Positions 36,114 to 52,000 of a stretch of DNA of 64,000 nt are shown here, piece after piece. Made by a program: the position numbers and the translations under genes. Source of the DNA: Ptychomitrium polyphyllum. Lineage: Eukaryota. Positions within the stretch are counted from its first letter, which is position 1; every line of letters starts with the position of its first letter. The DNA lies in NCBI GenBank assembly GCA_973851085.1, contig OZ316776.1, positions 15,934,001 through 15,998,000 on the forward strand, written 5' to 3'. The notes under the pieces are model-generated. The model had not been told where the DNA came from. It worked only from the letters and a program-made list of their open reading frames with translations, and ran no database searches.

Positions 36114-38449
36114 TCAAGTGGATTCTTGGAAAGAAGGAGCCGCAAACTTATGATGAGCAGGATTCGGCAAGTCAGAAATCTTGATTTCAGCACCTAACGT
36201 TGCCTGCAAAGTGTCCAGGTTCTTTACGAATGTTGCAGTCGATAACCCAACTGGCATTGCGATTACCCCCTCCATCATGAACAGTGTAACGCTACCAGAT
36301 GCTGTCTGCGTTGTCACCATTCATAACAAAAATTAAACTCATAAACAGGTGACTAGATCAAAGAAAAATACCGAAAACGAGTTCATCAGATGTAGAAATC
36401 CAATAGCCAAGATACGAACCTGCTGAGTGTATGTTTCAAGACTTTCTATATTGATGCCATGTGACGACAGATACTCAGTCAGATTATACACAAGACCTGC
36501 ACAAAACAAATGTGTGTTGGCTATAGATCCAGCTTGATAATCTGAATGTTAAGCAACCGATACTGCAACTGACCACAGACCACGGTGCACAAGCATGGTC
36601 ACTCACAATCGATAGAACATCACTGAGAAACAGTTTCAAATCCTACGTACTCATACACTTGAAAGTAACAGACATATTAATTATAAGCAGGTGATACAAC
36701 AGCAAGTGAAAGTGGTCAGCAACAGCACAATGTAGGTACACATTCCGTACCGAACCCAATCGAAGTCAAGGTCAGCAATATGAAGCGTGTACCGTTCAAA
36801 TAAGGTGATGATACTGACTCATCACATGCAAACCAGCCTATGAAAATTACTTGCATCTTTGTAACACAGCTGTTATGCTACTGGATAATTTGCCACCTTT
36901 GCAGACAAGTCCTGAATCGTAGATTTAATTACTGAGCGAAAATCTAGGAATGCGATTCGTGCCTGAACCCCTATGAAACAAAGGCCAGCATTATGAAGCG
37001 TACACCACTCATTATAGGTGGTCATACTGACCGATCACATGTGAACCTGCTTGTCAAACAGAAAATTCTACCTCTGAGGACATCACATCATGCAATCGGC
37101 TAATTTGCCACCTTCGAAGTCCAGATCCGATATTCATAAACCTATGGACTGAACTGAACAAACAAACATACCTGGATTATCAACACCACGCAAGAGAATT
37201 TTCCGAAACTTGTTTAACGGGCGTACTTGTTTTAACCGATCATCCGAAGTCCATCTAGTATTGACCTGAAGACATGTCAAAAGAGTCTCAAGACTAGAGT
37301 CTCTAAACGACGGGAAAATTTAGCTTCTTGAAGGATATTATACCGCACATTCAAAACACCGCAACACAAAAAACAACGCCAGAAATGTATCCCAGTGGAA
37401 TTCATGTCACGAAACTGCACTGGTAATAGGCCAGACCTGAAGACTTTCAATCTGCAGAAGAGATGTGCGCAACTGCTCGGCTTTCCTTGCCGTTCTGTAC
37501 AAACCATATCTTTGAGACCACTCTTTTTACGAGACTCTGGACCCAAAATGACAAGTTCAATACGTCAAGATGCAATAACTCGTTAGCATGGTGAGGCAGA
37601 GCAGATTGTAAGGAACATCGAGGAAGGTAACTAGGAAGAAGTACGCAACTGCTTAACAACCACAAACTCACACTGACTGCTTCAAAAATGCATCAAGTCA
37701 TCTGCAGCTCCGCAGCACAGGAAGGCACTTACGTGATGTCGAAGGTGACTAGCATCAGAATGGAAAACTCGCCAGCCAAACGTGCCATCCTGCTGACTTC
37801 TACATTTCCCCCGCAATCCAGCACCCGTTTGCTCAACCTCGCCACAATGCCTGGCCTGTCCGGCCCTGTTGCCGTCACCACCAAATGCTGAAGCCCTATC
37901 CCAGAGTCAAAAAGAAAAAAAAAACAGCCCAAAAAGTCATCACAAGCCCCAAACACATCCAAAACGCAACACAGACAGCCGTAAAGACTACAAGAAGTCT
38001 GAGCACCAAACCAAACGTGCCAGAAATACCAAGGCATCTAGCTCAATCACAAAGCAACAATCTTGGTGCAAAACTCTCACTAGAACCCGATTAACGCAAG
38101 GCCAGGTTCAAAGAAGCGTACACCACACAATAGAGGGGATCATACTGACAAATTACATGTGAGCCAGCAAGCCCAACAGAGACTTCATCGCTGTTGACAT
38201 CGCTACATGCAACCCGCTAATTTGTCACCCTCGAAGTTGAATTCGATATAATCACCTCAAAACTCAACAAGAGCTCGAAGAATTCAGGCTTGAAAGACGC
38301 ATAACCTAGCCCAAAAAAGGCATTCCAGACAGCTTACCAGGATGCGGCTCCTCCTGAGGCAGAGGCAGCGTGCACAAGGGCACACGCCGGGACAGAGACG
38401 GCCAATGGCACCGCCATAGCTCTGGCAGAGCTAGCGCCCTCTGCATCAT
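36114..38449 (-). CDS. Two-ACT-domain protein similar to the bacterial glycine-cleavage regulator GcvR, ~231 aa; exons 38449-38338, 37895-37733, 37494-37437, 37265-37172, 36496-36420, 36305-36114
   Basis: ACT1 is HLVVTATGPDRPGIVARLSKRVLDCGGNVEVSRMARLAGEFSILMLV; ACT2 is ILLRGVDNPGLVYNLTEYLSSHGINIESLET. All five splice junctions are phase-consistent, and there is an Arg/Leu/Ser-containing N-terminal extension. Confidence 0.85.
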
Positions 38450-39140
38450 GTCTTCGAGATTCTGAGACAGTGCCGGAGCTCGCTCTAGCCTTGAAGGCCT
38501 CACCGAAACGCCACTTTGGTCCTCGTTCTAGGGCAAAGTCGAGGCACCCAATTGTGGCACTCTCCTATTTCTGACAAAACCTACGGCTTCCTGTATCCGA
38601 ATATGGGAGTTCAGCAGCAATCGTGATCGAATTATTTCTGATCTGGAATGTAAAAGTTCAACTTTGCTTGACGAAGAAAACTTACTGGTTGGATAACGTT
38701 GTCCATTAGAAGGTGAAAGGAGCACTGATCAAGGTTTAGTGTGCATTCAATTTTGCACCTAATCTGAGTGCGAGGCTGACCCTTGTGATGTGATTGCTGG
38801 TGGTTTGAAGTGGTTGGTGCCATAGCTGGTCGTGTTTTCTGGGGTGCAAGCGTATTCCAGTGTCTCGGATGTTGAAGTTCCAGGGCAGTTGATTGCAAAT
38901 TGATGAGATTTTAGCGATCGGTGCACAATTCTTCGTCTGCTTGTGTTGTGTTGAAGGTTTGTTGAAGCTTTTCTCTTGGAGGATGATGGGGAGAGAACGA
39001 TGATAGGGTGGTGAATTGAGCACGAATGATTGTAGTTTGGTGATCATGTTGGGTTATGTGTTCTGGGGGTTCGTTTTGCTTTCTGTGGGTTGATTGGTAC
39101 TTGGGTCTTATGTTGATGGTTTACGTTATGAGTTCCAGCT

Positions 39141-43473
<4,333 letters not shown>

Positions 43474-44213
43474 CATTAAGATGCATTTGGTATCATCATT
43501 TTGTGGTACCAGCCAGTTTGTAGGATGGAAATACATGGGGTTTTCACCTGACTTATGAAATGTGGCATTGCCGAAGATGTTAACCTTATCATTATGTTTG
43601 TGTACATATTCATGCAATTTAAATGGTATCATTAAAATTAAAATTCTCTGGTGGGCTGGACTGCTGACACTATTCGAGCACTATTCACGATGTCTCGTCA
43701 CAACGAGTCGCAGGGCTTGTATAATACAGCGACAGATACATGATACTGTATGCAGTGTTTGTGTCCAATAGCTTGTCATCACTTCTCTCGGCTTCAGGCT
43801 CCGTGACTTCGAAGTTTATGTTATTGCAATTCTGTTAGGGCTGAGGAATTCGTCTCGGACGCTCTGTTCCATTCCAGACTTGCAGTGTAACAGGCAAATT
43901 ATATTTTCGCAGAAGCTCATCTGCTGGTATCTCATCCCTTTGTAGTATATGTGTGACACAGCCACTTATCACAATTGCCTTCACAATCCGCACAGCACTC
44001 GTCACAAGGGCAACTACAATTTTCCATGAAGTTGGGACAATCAGTGCCTGCACAACCACAGCATCAACACACGTCGACCGAACAGCAAGTCAGAACATTT
44101 ATAGCAAAAACCGTCACACGGAGGAATCGTGTAAGTTTTCGTGGAGAGGTGTACAACCAAGCCACCTGTTTATTCAACAGAGATATATTCAACTTGTCAT
44201 AAGCTTATCTAGC

Positions 44214-45600
44214 TTAGTATTTTGTCACAGGAACAGTACATGTTGTAGCATCTTCAATCTCTCCTCGAAAGCTCATAATAGCTAGGTTGATCTCCTTATA
44301 CACCTCGTCTGGAGGTGGAACCGATGATACCTACAGGTCGCACAGAGAGCTCTCTAATAAATGACGAGCATCTGTGTAGATGAACGTCATAAAAATTGTG
44401 AAAGACGATTGCATTAACACCTCGTTAGGTAGAGTCTAATTACCTTCAGCACAACGCCTGGCTGCATTTTGTCGTAGAACTTCACGACTGGGAGGGATTC
44501 TCGTAGGAATGTGTCGAAGCGCTTGATTATGGTGGCCCTGTTGTCGTCACTGCGCCCACTCGTCTCGCCTCTCTTCAGCAACCTCGTCTCCATCACAGCT
44601 TTAGGGCACTCCAGGTAGACCACGAGCCTCGGCCTCCCGAGCTATTTCAATCACAGGTAATTAGGATTGCTCTCCCATGTATATTTTTAGGATTCGTATG
44701 TGGACAATCTTTTGTGATCACCGATATATAGTTGTGTACATTACCTTCCTCTCGAATAGCTCAGCTTGGTCAACAGCGCGAGGAAATCCATCCATGAGAA
44801 AACCATTGGCTGTTTTCTTGCCCTCCGTCATGGCTTTCTCGATTAGCCCCAACGTCATCTCGACAGGAACTAGTTGCCCACTATTCATCAATCGCTCACA
44901 CTCCCGCCCTGTCTCTGTTCCTTTCTCGACCTCCTCACGCAACAGTTCACCTGATGACAAATGCAGGAATCCGAAGTCCCGCACAATTCTATCACACTGC
45001 GTTCCTTTCCCCGACCCAGGCCCACCTGCAAACCTTGAATCCTTAGAGTTATTTCTAGACTCATCCTCGTTACTTCATAAAGTGGATGAGCGACCCGACA
45101 TGCATGCATTGAAACATGTGTGCCAATCAAGTGGGTGGAACTTCATGTCATTTGTGTTTAGGATTGGATGACATACTTGAATGCCGTAAAGGAGGTGAGA
45201 TTTTGGTTGAAAAAAGGTTTAGAAGCAAAGACAAGACTGGAAATGATAAAACCGGGAACGGTGGATTCATCACAGAATGAGTCCGTTGGTTCATGTATCT
45301 TAGCTGTGCCTTAGAACCCAAGAGTTATTCACGTAGGACTGTGAGAGCTTCGGTTTTCCAAGGTACATAGTACATACCGAGAACAAAGATGATCGGTCTT
45401 CCTTTCTTGTGACCATGATGACCATGCCATACGGAGTGACCCTGGCATGTGGAGTGCACAGGTGAGTGCATCTCTGCAGGCTCTGGATGGCAGACACAAC
45501 CATCAGATGAAGAACTCCAGCATTGTGACACAACTGCCGTCCAGAATTCTCTGCACGTTGAGTAGACACGTCCAGAGGATGAGCCTGAGAATGCATGCAA
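44214..45600 (-). CDS. Adenylate kinase / NMP kinase, short-LID type; exons ~45600-45378 (start uncertain), 45025-44745, 44641-44444, 44330-44214
   Basis: IIFVLG-GPGSGKGTQC P-loop, HLSSGELLR, GQLVP, FLMDGFPR and RLLKRGETSGRSDDN; spliced in phase to the stop at 44214. Confidence 0.88.
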
Positions 45601-46989
45601 ACCCCAAGCCTAACCCTAATCCTAAAGCCATTGCAACTGGGTTTGCAAGACTCACTGTGATCACAGATTGGGTACCGAACAGCTGCATTAAACAGAGCAT
45701 TGCAAGGGAAGGGCAGACTCACCAGCATGCACAGAAACAGATATGTGAATCCAATCTCAAACTCTCCATGACCGCATGCCCTTGATGTGTTCCTTCGGAA
45801 AACCCACACTTCGGGAGAAATGGAAGGACGTGCGGCTCACTTGCATTGTAGGATGTGAAATCCAAGGCCATTGCAAGTCTGATGATGTGGCCATTGCCAC
45901 TCTGATGACTAAGGCAGTCTAAGGAAATGAATTTTTAATTTACACACTGACATGAACTAGCAGAAGGCATGGCCTCCGTGATCATAATCAGTGATCAGTG
46001 CCTTAAGATGAATTTGACTCTTCACAACCCACATGACATTCTAAAAGGAAGCCTCAAGGTGGTTAGTTTAGGAATTAAATTTAGAACTTGTTGAGTCATG
46101 CACGACAATTAAAAACATGCTTTAGGTGGAGTATAGATCATGGTGGAGATTCTCTTAGGACGCTTTGGAGAATTGTTGCATTTGATTCAAGGAACATGAA
46201 TCAAATGAAATAATTTTCATATTATTTGGATTAATAATTAGCTAGATAGTTTAAAATTTTTATTATATGTTTTTAATTCACTATTAGATATGAAATAGAA
46301 AGTGTAAAGAAGTGGAAAAATATTATCTTTTGTGTATGCCAAATTGGATTCTTTATTGTATCAAGAATCTTGGAGTTATAATGCTAGTTTTTCAACAATT
46401 GCATACTTACTACCAAGTTTAGGCCTGTATTGACTAACTCTTTGCAAGGTTTGTAGAAAAAGAGGAGAAATGGTGTATCTTTAGGTTTATACACTTTTCT
46501 TTGATATAGACTAATAAGCGGGTTTTGTTATTATGTACATTAAACTAAAAAGCACAATGTTTTGCTATTAGCAAGAAAGCTTTTTAATTAGACAATCAAA
46601 CCATATAGGGAATCATTTCCTTCATTCCTTATTCAAATTTAAAGTTCTCAAATTTAAAAGTCCATCATTTGGCCAAATTTTTAATTCTTACAATTAATAA
46701 GTGGAAAGAAATTTATTTCTTATGGTGCAAAGTTTGGAATGGAATAAGAATTGTCAAGTTTTAATTGCACAAAAGTTGTAGTTTTATATATATGGAAGGA
46801 ATATATACTATAGAATGCATACAATGGCTTTATTTAACATATGCTCCTAAACCTTATAAGATACAGCATAATACTTAATATGACTTATATTACAATTAGC
46901 TATGGAGTACATATAGATGGATATGATTAAATTAGGTTTTCTTTTTAAAATGTGGCACTTGTTGGTAAAAAAGAGGCTATGTATGTAAT

Positions 46990-47200
46990 TAGTAGCAATG
47001 CGCTTTAGTGGTGGAAGGCAAACAAATTATTTTAATGGATATTGAAAGCATTGTGAAGAATACTATAGGTGACAATATTATGAGGTTGCTCATGAAGCAC
47101 TTGTTTAATAAAAAAGTACATGTATGTAGTAAATAACTTCTTCACCTTCTTACCTTGTTGGAACAATATTCAAGAAGTAATTTTTTTCTTTTCAACTATA
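46990..47200 (+). mobile_element. Possible heavily decayed hAT transposase C-terminal (dimerisation) relic in an AT-rich tract
   Basis: Broken frames read NAL*WWKANKLF*WILKAL / HLFNKKVHVCSK / NNIQEVIFF. This recalls the hAT consensus DPLxWWKxN..YP.L..LAR..L..PATS...ERLFS..G......R..L....VE.L.FL. Confidence 0.35.
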
Positions 47201-49039
47201 GCAAATAAAAAAGTTGATCCATTCAAATTACTAATGTGGACTTTATTAATTGGAATTGTGTTAAATAAGTTTATTTGTAGAGTTGATGTATATGATCAAC
47301 ATTATATGATTTATATAATGAATATAGCCACAAAATAATGATGACATTTTTAAAAGAAATTCTCCACTTTTGACAATCCTATAATAATTGTTTATATTTT
47401 TTATTACTAATACATGGAAACTCAAGGCAAAGTGGCAATAGACTACAAGATAATTCAATTAGCATTGTCATTTGTTTTAAAGGAACAAATTCTTCATTAT
47501 TAGTGTTAAAGCTTATTAATTGCCTATTTTTAAAATTGACCTTTATGAAAGTATATCATCTAGCTATACAAGTCTTTATTTCATGCGTATAGAAGAAAAT
47601 ATGTCACATATATTGTGATTGTATATTTTTAGCATTAATACATGCTTTGTTTGTAGATTACACACCTTAAAGAATGATGTTGACATTTTTTCCTATTGAA
47701 AAGTTATTATTGAAGTTCATTGATCTCTTTAAAGTTGAAAAATTTATAATATTTTTCTAAATATTTTTCCAATTAAATTTGTCATTAGAGGTTGTATTCT
47801 ACTCTTGTTTCACTATTATTATTATTTTTTTCCAATCTTATTTATTTCTTTGAACTTCATACATGTGCATTTAAATATGGATTTATGTACATGACATGAT
47901 GAATTGTTATTATTAGGAGAAAAAAATGAGCATTATTGGTGTTAAAGAAAAGAAGTGCATTATTAATGAATATAAAGACGTATAACTATGAATTTAATGC
48001 ATACACTACAACAAGGTTTTGTTTTGTATGTGCAACCTTTAGCGTCTAATTTGGAATAATTGTTATTTTAATTGAAAAACTTAATGTTGATTAAACAAGG
48101 CCTTTGATTTTTATTAAGAACAAGCTCATGGGAACTTCATGACCTTGAGATCATTAAGGCTCATTAGATGCATTAAATATTTTTTTTGAGAACTTATTGT
48201 GATTCATACAACATAATTTCCTTGCAATTCCAAAGTGATTTTCATTAGTTTCAATTGAAAAGTACCTTCAACACTCTTATTTCAAAAAAATTAAAAATTC
48301 AAATTTATCTTTGAAATCAGGAATAAAAAAACTTTAAAAATAATCAAAATTTAAGGTTGCATGAGAGATGTACTATGCCTTGGATTCTCCTCCATTTCCA
48401 ACATCTTCCCCTTCAAATTTCTCAATCATCTCAACGCTATACTTCTTAATCAATTCCCACAGGCCAGACTCGTACCCGACCTCGTGGCTCCTTAATCGCG
48501 TCACAACCCTTCAACCACCGAGGCCCCAATCCCGTTGGGGGCGCATATCTAAAAGCCGTCGCCAGACGCAAAACCCAACATCATCTACTAATATCGCACA
48601 CATTCTTTGCAAAAATAAATCCAATATCGTAGATCACACAGGAACAAAGAACAGCCAGTGTATTGTATTTGATCTTAAAGGCGTCTTTTATTTTTAAGAT
48701 GTTGTATCGCGAAATGTACGCTTTCTGGTAGTTGGTGTTGAGCCTACATTCCGGCGACGGTTACGGCGGGCGGGAACCTGGAACGGTCGTGGCATCCAGG
48801 GGAAGGCCGCGCGCTTTCCGTGCAGAACATGCGCCCAAAATTTGAATTTGCAAGGACGTCTTGCCCTCTCCCCCACTGCGTCGTTTTTTTTCCGAAGTCA
48901 TACCTGGAGGTCGCGTGCCTCCGCATCGTCATCGCCATGGCGGACTAGGATATCGCGGCGTCGGCTTCACTTGAGGGCGTGTGGGGAGTTGGTATCGTGT
49001 TCAGGATTCGGGAGTGGGGCGTTGGAGGGTTGGGGAGCG

Positions 49040-52000
49040 ATGTTCATCAAGGAGATCTGCCTGGAGGGGTTCAAGTCGTACGCGACGCGCACCACCGTGA
49101 CGAACTTCGACCCAGTGTTCAACGCCATCACGGGCTACAATGGGTCCGGGAAGTCCAACATCCTGGACTCCATCTGCTTCGTCATGGGCATCACCAACCT
49201 GCAGCAGGTGCGCGTGGCCAATTTGCAGGAGCTCGTGTACAAGCAGGGGCAGGCGGGCGTCACCAAGGCCACTGTGTCCATCGTGTTCTCCAACGCCGAC
49301 AAGTTAAGCAGCCCCATCGGGTACGAGGATCACGACGAGATTACCATTACTCGCCAGGTATGTGAGGAGACCTCCCGCCCCTTGGTGTGTTCTTGAGTTT
49401 GTGCTTGGCAGCCAGTAGTGTTGTTGTTGTGGTTGTTGTTGTTGCTGTGGTTGCTGTTTTTGTTTCATGGAGCGTTTTCTTCGTTAGTTGAAGACGCAGA
49501 GCTTTCACTTGAAACGAGCAGTTCGAGAGTTCAGCATTTGAAATACCGTTCCGAGGTTCACTGTCTTTGAAGTTTGGAATACAGGGTAGTTTTGCTGGGT
49601 GGGAGTTTAGGTTATGTGTTGTCTTGATGTTTTTTGGGTCAAATGGGTAGCTGGGTTTGGAAGGAGGAATGGTTTGTTTTTAGCTCAGCTGCAATGCACC
49701 GTCAAAAGATTAATCACTTTACAGTTAGCCATTTTTGTGGAGCCTAAGCAGCCTGCTAGTTTGAAGCAAACGCTACTTTCCGGTTGCTGTTTTGCGAATA
49801 GCTGTAGTTTTGTTTAATAAATGTACGATGGACTCTTTGCATTGGCATTGTAATGTGATCTTTTCCGAGTTGTTTGGTGTTCATGGTTTGGGAAATGTGT
49901 GTTAAAACTGGGTGTACAGATTGTGGTCGGCGGTCGGAACAAGTATCTTATCAACGGGCATCTTGCTCAGCCAAGCAAAGTTCAGAACCTGTTCCATTCC
50001 GTGCAGCTCAATGTGAATAATCCACATTTTCTGATTATGCAAGGCCGGATAACAAAGGTGCTGAACATGAAGCCCCAGGAAACACTATCTATGTTGGAAG
50101 AAGCGGCAGGGACTCGAATGTATGAGATGAAGAAGGAAGGGGCCCTGAAAACACTTGAAAAGAAGCAGACGAAAGTGGACGAGATTGATAACGTGCTGAA
50201 CCAGGATATTTTGCCTGCCCTGGAGAAGCTTCGGAAAGAGCGCGCTCAATATATGCAGTGGACTTCCGGCAATGCGCAGCTTGAACGTCTCAAACGATTC
50301 TGTATTGCTTATCAGTATACAAGTGCCGATCAGGTGCGTCCCTGATTCCTCGGTTACCTGCGGTGGTGAATGTCGGCTGAAAACATTTGCGTTGGGAGTT
50401 TCTTGTCTTTGGGAATGTCTTTTGAAGCGAGTGGGATGAAGTTGAGCAGGTGAAGAGTTCTGCTCTCTTGGAAATATCGGACCGCAAGGCAAAGATCACT
50501 GAATTTCAAGAGGAGTGTTTGAAGATCGAAGCGGGGGTTGCAGAAATGGATGGAACAATTGCAAAGATCACGGAAGAAAAGGAAAAACAGATGAGCAGTG
50601 ATTTCAAACTTTTATCTGAAACGGTAGACAAACTGTCCAAGGAGCTTGTGAAAGCCGCTTCGGCTGTGAATAACCAGAAAGACAGCTTAGAGGTCGAGAG
50701 AGCAACAGTTGTTAAGGTATCTTTTAATTCCTAAGCTATTTCACCCAGAACTCATGAAGCAATAGGTTTGAGCCAGGGCATATATCCTACTCGTGGCGTT
50801 TCAGTAAAACGTAGGTGATAATTTTGTTCAGGTCAATCAAGATCCTCCTGTTTTATCCTTGATGTACAAGTGGTTTTCTTGTGAGGTAAGTTAAACTGTC
50901 GCATGATTTGTCACGTTGTACTGAATAACTGGGAGAGCGTATCGCTTACAGAGAGACGTTGGCTGGTACTCTTTGCGTAAGGATTGTAACAGCTGTGTTT
51001 TCTTATGTCAGTCACAGAAATCTTTAAGTGAACTTGAAATAGGGGTGGCTGAAAGAGATGATGCCGTGCGTCAGTTTGAAGAAGATGCCTCTGCTTTTAC
51101 TCTGAAAGTTGAAAGTTTGACAATGACTTTGGCGGAGAGAGAGGCTGACTACCAGGTAGGCACTCAATCAAGCGACTTACAACAATAAACTATTTAGTTC
51201 TGTATACTTAATAAGCATTGAAATCGTTTAGTTCAAGGGGACGCCGTGTGGTTCTCCTATTTGTGGAACTCTTGAATAAATATTGCTTGCACCATTATAT
51301 ATGAAGATAATCCAGTAATAAATGCTAAACATTTACGGATAGGGTGATAATCCTAAAAGTTACTAATAGTTTGTATTGAGTTACTTCTGCCAAGTCCAGA
51401 TTTCAAGGTGTGAGCCGTTTGTAGATGATTGCAGTATGATTGACGAGATTTTCTTGAACAGGGTGTACAAGCTGGAAAAAGTGGTGGTGGGGATAAGAAA
51501 AGCTTGGCTGACCAGCTTGTCGATGCAAACGCAGCTGTTGGGAAAGTTGCTACTGAGGTAAAGCAGAGTATGATGAAGATCAAGCATCTTGAGAAAGAAT
51601 TGAAGGAGAAGAAGACCCAGTTATCATCAAAACAAAAGGAAGCTACAACCATTGAGAAGGAGCATCAAACGCGCACGGCCGAGGTCAAGAAAATCACATC
51701 AACTTTACAAGGTTTGAAGTTCGACGAAGTGCACATGGATTTATTTGAGAAGGTTGTTGTACTCCACTCTCTCCTATCTCATCGTTGAAACTGTAGTGCT
51801 GCTTTTAAGCCCATGGTGGAATGCATTGTATCTAAAATGAGCACCATTGTCACAACCCGTGATGGCTGGAATATATGTTTAGATATATCAATTACTCAGA
51901 ATGAAGTTTGCACTATTCTAGACAGAGCCGTTCGATTTCAGATCAATACTGGTTCAGCTCCTTGCACCAGTGGTGTCAATTTTGTTGCTCACGACAAGCA

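Noticed and set aside
36840..36915. Alternative (mutually exclusive) ACT2 exon in the GcvR-like intron (G-LVCK..)
   Set aside because: Similarity to the real exon 5 is limited to a few codons and needs a frameshift; the phase does not fit.
50717..51011. Second U12 intron in SMC2 (donor GTATCTTTT)
   Set aside because: The donor mismatches GTATCCTT and there is no CCTTRAC branch point near the acceptor.
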